Shown: in pieces, positions 60,227 to 64,000 of the stretch
Position numbering within the stretch: position 1 is the stretch's first letter
How the letters are laid out: each line of letters begins with the position of its first letter
NCBI GenBank assembly: GCA_951406725.2
Contig: OX597828.1
Location: 8,184,001-8,248,000, forward strand
Origin: Octopus vulgaris
Lineage: Eukaryota
Length of the DNA stretch: 64,000 bases
Reading direction: 5' to 3'
Made by a program: the position numbers and the translations under genes
Notes under the pieces: generated by a model
Databases searched by the model: none
What the model saw: the letters and a program-made list of their open reading frames with translations, nothing else
Told to the model about the DNA's origin: nothing

Positions 60227-61502
60227 GGTTTGAAGATGATGTACAGGTATTTTATATTAGAAGAAACGAGGTACTCAGAAATTAGGATGGTTTTATATAT
60301 ACAGATATTTATCTTTATGTTACATGTTTTTATACATCATATTTCATATAACATATAATCGCGCTTTCGTCCATTCTAGTGGAGTTGTCAAATTGAACTA
60401 AGTTCTTGCAGAAAATGTCACTCATTTTATAGTGTTATTGAGTGTGTAGTGGTGGGTAGAGATATAAGATAGTACAAGAGGGTGAAGGATGTGCAGAAAG
60501 TGAGAGAGGGCATGTGTGTGTGTGTGCGTTTGTGTGTTGTGTGTGTGTGTGTATGTGTGTGCGTGTGTGTGTGTGCGTGTGTTTGTGTGTGTGTGTGTGT
60601 GTTTATATCTGAAAAGAGTGTTAAAGTAAAAGAAGGAAAGGAAGGAAAGGGAGAGAAAGAAGAAAATAATTTTGTTGATCTCTTTGTAGTTGGTCAGTCT
60701 GTTTACTCCAAGGGGGACAAAATGTAAAAAAATTGTCTGAATTTTTTTTTATTATTGTCCAGTGTGTGTGTGCGTGTGTGTGGGAGAGAGAGAGAGAGAG
60801 AGTGTGTGTGCGTGCGTGTGTGTATGTGTGTGTGTATGTGTGTGTTTGTGTTTGTATCGGAAAGGGGTATTAAAGAAAAAGAAGGAAAGGAGGAAGAAGG
60901 ATAGAAATTTTGTTGATATCTTTGCAGTTGGTAGGTTTGTCAATAATAATTCTTGGCTTATAGTGATTGTAAATCCAGCTGTTTACTTCAGGGGGTGGGG
61001 CAAAATATCACTTTCCAATAAATTATTTGTATTTCCGTCAAAATATCACAAGAGCAGATTGCCTTGCTAAGGGTACCCAACGATAACCTACTATAACGAC
61101 ACGGTATAATCAAAGGTAAAACTGACTTTACACAGAATTGAACTCAGATTGTATGCAAATGAGATAAATGTCAGTAATTATTTCATCCAACATTCTAAAA
61201 TCTTTTGTTGTTGTTGTATGAGTTATGCCCCTTTAATATCAAGATTGATTTTCCTTTCGTCTTTCACAACGTCTGTAAAGTAATTACCTGAAATTGTTGG
61301 TTTGTCAACAAGAAATTTAAAAGTGACTTACTCAGAATGGATGCAATCTAATGAATGGCAACATCAAAAGGATAAAAGAAAATTCCATGTCATGAAAGGA
61401 AATGTTTTAGAACAATCTTTAGAGATACACTGAACATAAATCATGCAAAATAACAACGCATTCACACACACACACACAGAAACACACACTTATGTGCATT
61501 TA

Positions 61503-61688
61503 TATATCTCTCTATATATTATATACATGCATATAGGCACTTGCGTGGCTGAGTGGTAAGAAGCTTGCTTCCCAACCATGTGGTTCCGTGTTCAGTCCCA
61601 CTGCGTGGAACATTTGGCGAGTGTCTTCTACAGGCCGACCAAAGCTTTGTGAGTGGATTTGGTAGACGGAAACTGAAAGAAACCCGTC

Positions 61689-61747
<59 letters not shown>

Positions 61748-62708
61748 TTTGTTATTTCTGTCTGTTTGTCTCGCCCCCCCTACCCCGCCCCATCATCACT
61801 TGACAACAGATGTTGGTGTGTTTACGTCGCAGTCATTTAGTGGTTCCGCAAAAAGTGATCGATAGAATATGTAGTCCTGGGGTCGATTTGTTCGACGAAA
61901 ATCGGTGCTCCACCATGGCCGCAGATCACCGCCTTTAGTCGAGCGAATCGACCTCAGGACTTATTCTTCGTAAGCCTAGTACTTATTCTATCGGTCACTT
62001 TTGCCGAACCGCTAGTTACGGCGACGCAGACAAACCACCATCGGTTGTCAAGCGTTCCGTAACTAGCGGTTCGGCAAAAGTGACCGATAGAATAAGTACT
62101 AGGCTTACGAAGAATAAGTCCTGAGGTCGATTCGCTCGACTAAAGGCGGTGATCCAGCATGGCCGTAGTCAAATGACTAAAACAAGTAAAAGAGTAAAAG
62201 AGTATGTATGAATATGTATATACATATATGCGCGTGGGTGGGGTGTTCTGTGTATACATGTTTATTATCTTATTCTTTTATTCTTTTACTTGTTTCAGTC
62301 GCTTAACTGCGGCCATGGTGGAGCACCGATTTTCGTCGAACAAATCGACCCCAGGACTACATATTCTATCGATCACTTTTTGCGGAACAACTAAATGACT
62401 GTGACGTAAACACACCAACATCTGTTGTCAAGTGATGATGGGGCGGGGTAGGGGGGTGAGACAAACAGACAGAAATAACAAATGCATATATATATATATA
62501 TATATATATACACGACGGGTTTCTTTCAGTTTCCGTCTACCAAATCCACTCACAAAGCTTTGGTCGGCCTGAGGGTGCAGTAGAAGACACTCGCCAAATG
62601 TTGCACGCAGTGGGACTGAACGCGGAACCACATGGTTGGGAAGCAAGCTCCTTACCACTCAGCCACGCAAGTGACTATATGCATGTATATAATATATATA
62701 GAGATATA
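61503..62708. repeat. Nested inverted duplication built from SINE family C copies
   Basis: Outer arms 61503-61924 and 62307-62708; inner perfect 98-bp arms 61924-62021 and 62057-62154. Confidence 0.95.
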
Positions 62709-62711
62709 CAT

Positions 62712-62830
62712 ATATACGACGGGCTTCAAACAAATCCACTCAGAGGGCTTTGGTCGACCCGAGGTGCCACGAAGTGGGAATGAACCCGGAACCATGTCAT
62801 TGGTAAACAAGCTACTTATCACAGAGCCAC
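62712..62830 (-). mobile_element. SINE family C head fragment
   Basis: tacgacgggctt...aaatccactca...gaacccggaaccatgt...aagctactta. Confidence 0.75.
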
Positions 62831-62906
62831 TGTATAAATATAATTACGTTTACATGTGTGCATACGTACATATACATATCACATATATATATCTATACAA
62901 CACGTG

Positions 62907-62949
<43 letters not shown>

Positions 62950-62974
62950 CTCTATCTATCTATCTATCTATCTA

Positions 62975-63021
<47 letters not shown>

Positions 63022-63026
63022 ACCTG

Positions 63027-63097
<71 letters not shown>

Positions 63098-63098
63098 C

Positions 63099-63170
<72 letters not shown>

Positions 63171-63225
63171 GTCTACCTACCTACTTATCTCTCTCTCTCT
63201 CTATCAATCTATCTATCTATCTATA
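62907..63225. repeat. (TCTA)n/(TA)n compound microsatellite
   Basis: Visible directly. Confidence 0.97.
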
Positions 63226-63879
63226 GTTGTCTGTATAAACGTAACTATACATATATATATATTTTACTTTCTAGATACGAATGCATGTGTGTGTGCGTGA
63301 GCATGTTTTCTCGTGTGTGTCTTTGTGTACTTGCACGCGCGCTCGTGTATTTGTTTGTGTGTGCAGTGTGGGGGGGGGGGGTGCTTGATTAAAAATAAAA
63401 AGGCTGAATTTAATTTTTTTAAAGAAAATTGCACTCTATCTCTTACTATTAGTTACCACATGCCACATTAAGTCTTACAAACACCGCTGGAATGAAGAGG
63501 TCTGATGTGTTTACATTCTCTGAGTATCAACGGGGTGGATAATCAGGTGTTTTCTATGTGTGTATGTATGTGCTTAAAGGTAAAAGGTGATTCTGTGCGT
63601 GTGTTTACAGTATTTACAGCAATAAAATATACCACCCTAGCTCTCTCTCTCTCTCTCTCTCTCTCTCCTTCTCTCACTCTCTCTCAATGTATCTCTCTCT
63701 CTATCTCACCACATTATATATATCTGCCGTATAGCTCTCTGAAGTGTGTACGCATGCGTATTCGTGTACGGTCGTGTATCAGTATTTGTGTGTGTGTGCG
63801 TGAGTGTGAGTATTGCACACCAATTCTTGTATATGTATCCTACTCTTTGCTTGTCTGCAATGCTAGGTCTGTGTGAGTG

Positions 63880-63911
<32 letters not shown>

Positions 63912-64000
63912 TATGCACTATCAATATTTATGACCAAACGCTTACATCCTTGTACATACACATATACGCAAACATATATAAGTACAATATATATTTAAAG

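Overview
AT-rich eukaryotic non-coding DNA, intronic or intergenic. The SINE families and the extreme (TA)n/(CA)n/(TAG)n/(TCTA)n load suggest a cephalopod, probably Octopus; this is inference. I find no intact host gene, and almost every ORF in the track is a translated microsatellite or a transposon fragment. The window is a mosaic of at least four tRNA-headed SINE families, R4/Dong-like, CR1-like and Tx1-like LINE fragments, mariner and Helitron remnants, and one decayed Penelope-like element (RT plus GIY-YIG). The most interesting signals are: (1) minimal hammerhead-ribozyme motifs with non-canonical cores (U3, U3/A8, C4, C9) in Penelope-type termini and short (TA)n-embedded elements, several with inverted terminal duplications; (2) a Tx1-like LINE apparently targeting (TCTA)n that shares its 3' tail with a SINE; (3) a head-to-tail stack of R4/Dong elements in (TAA)/(TAG) arrays; (4) a nested 1.2-kb fold-back built from SINE copies. 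All alignments were done by eye, so boundaries are approximate.
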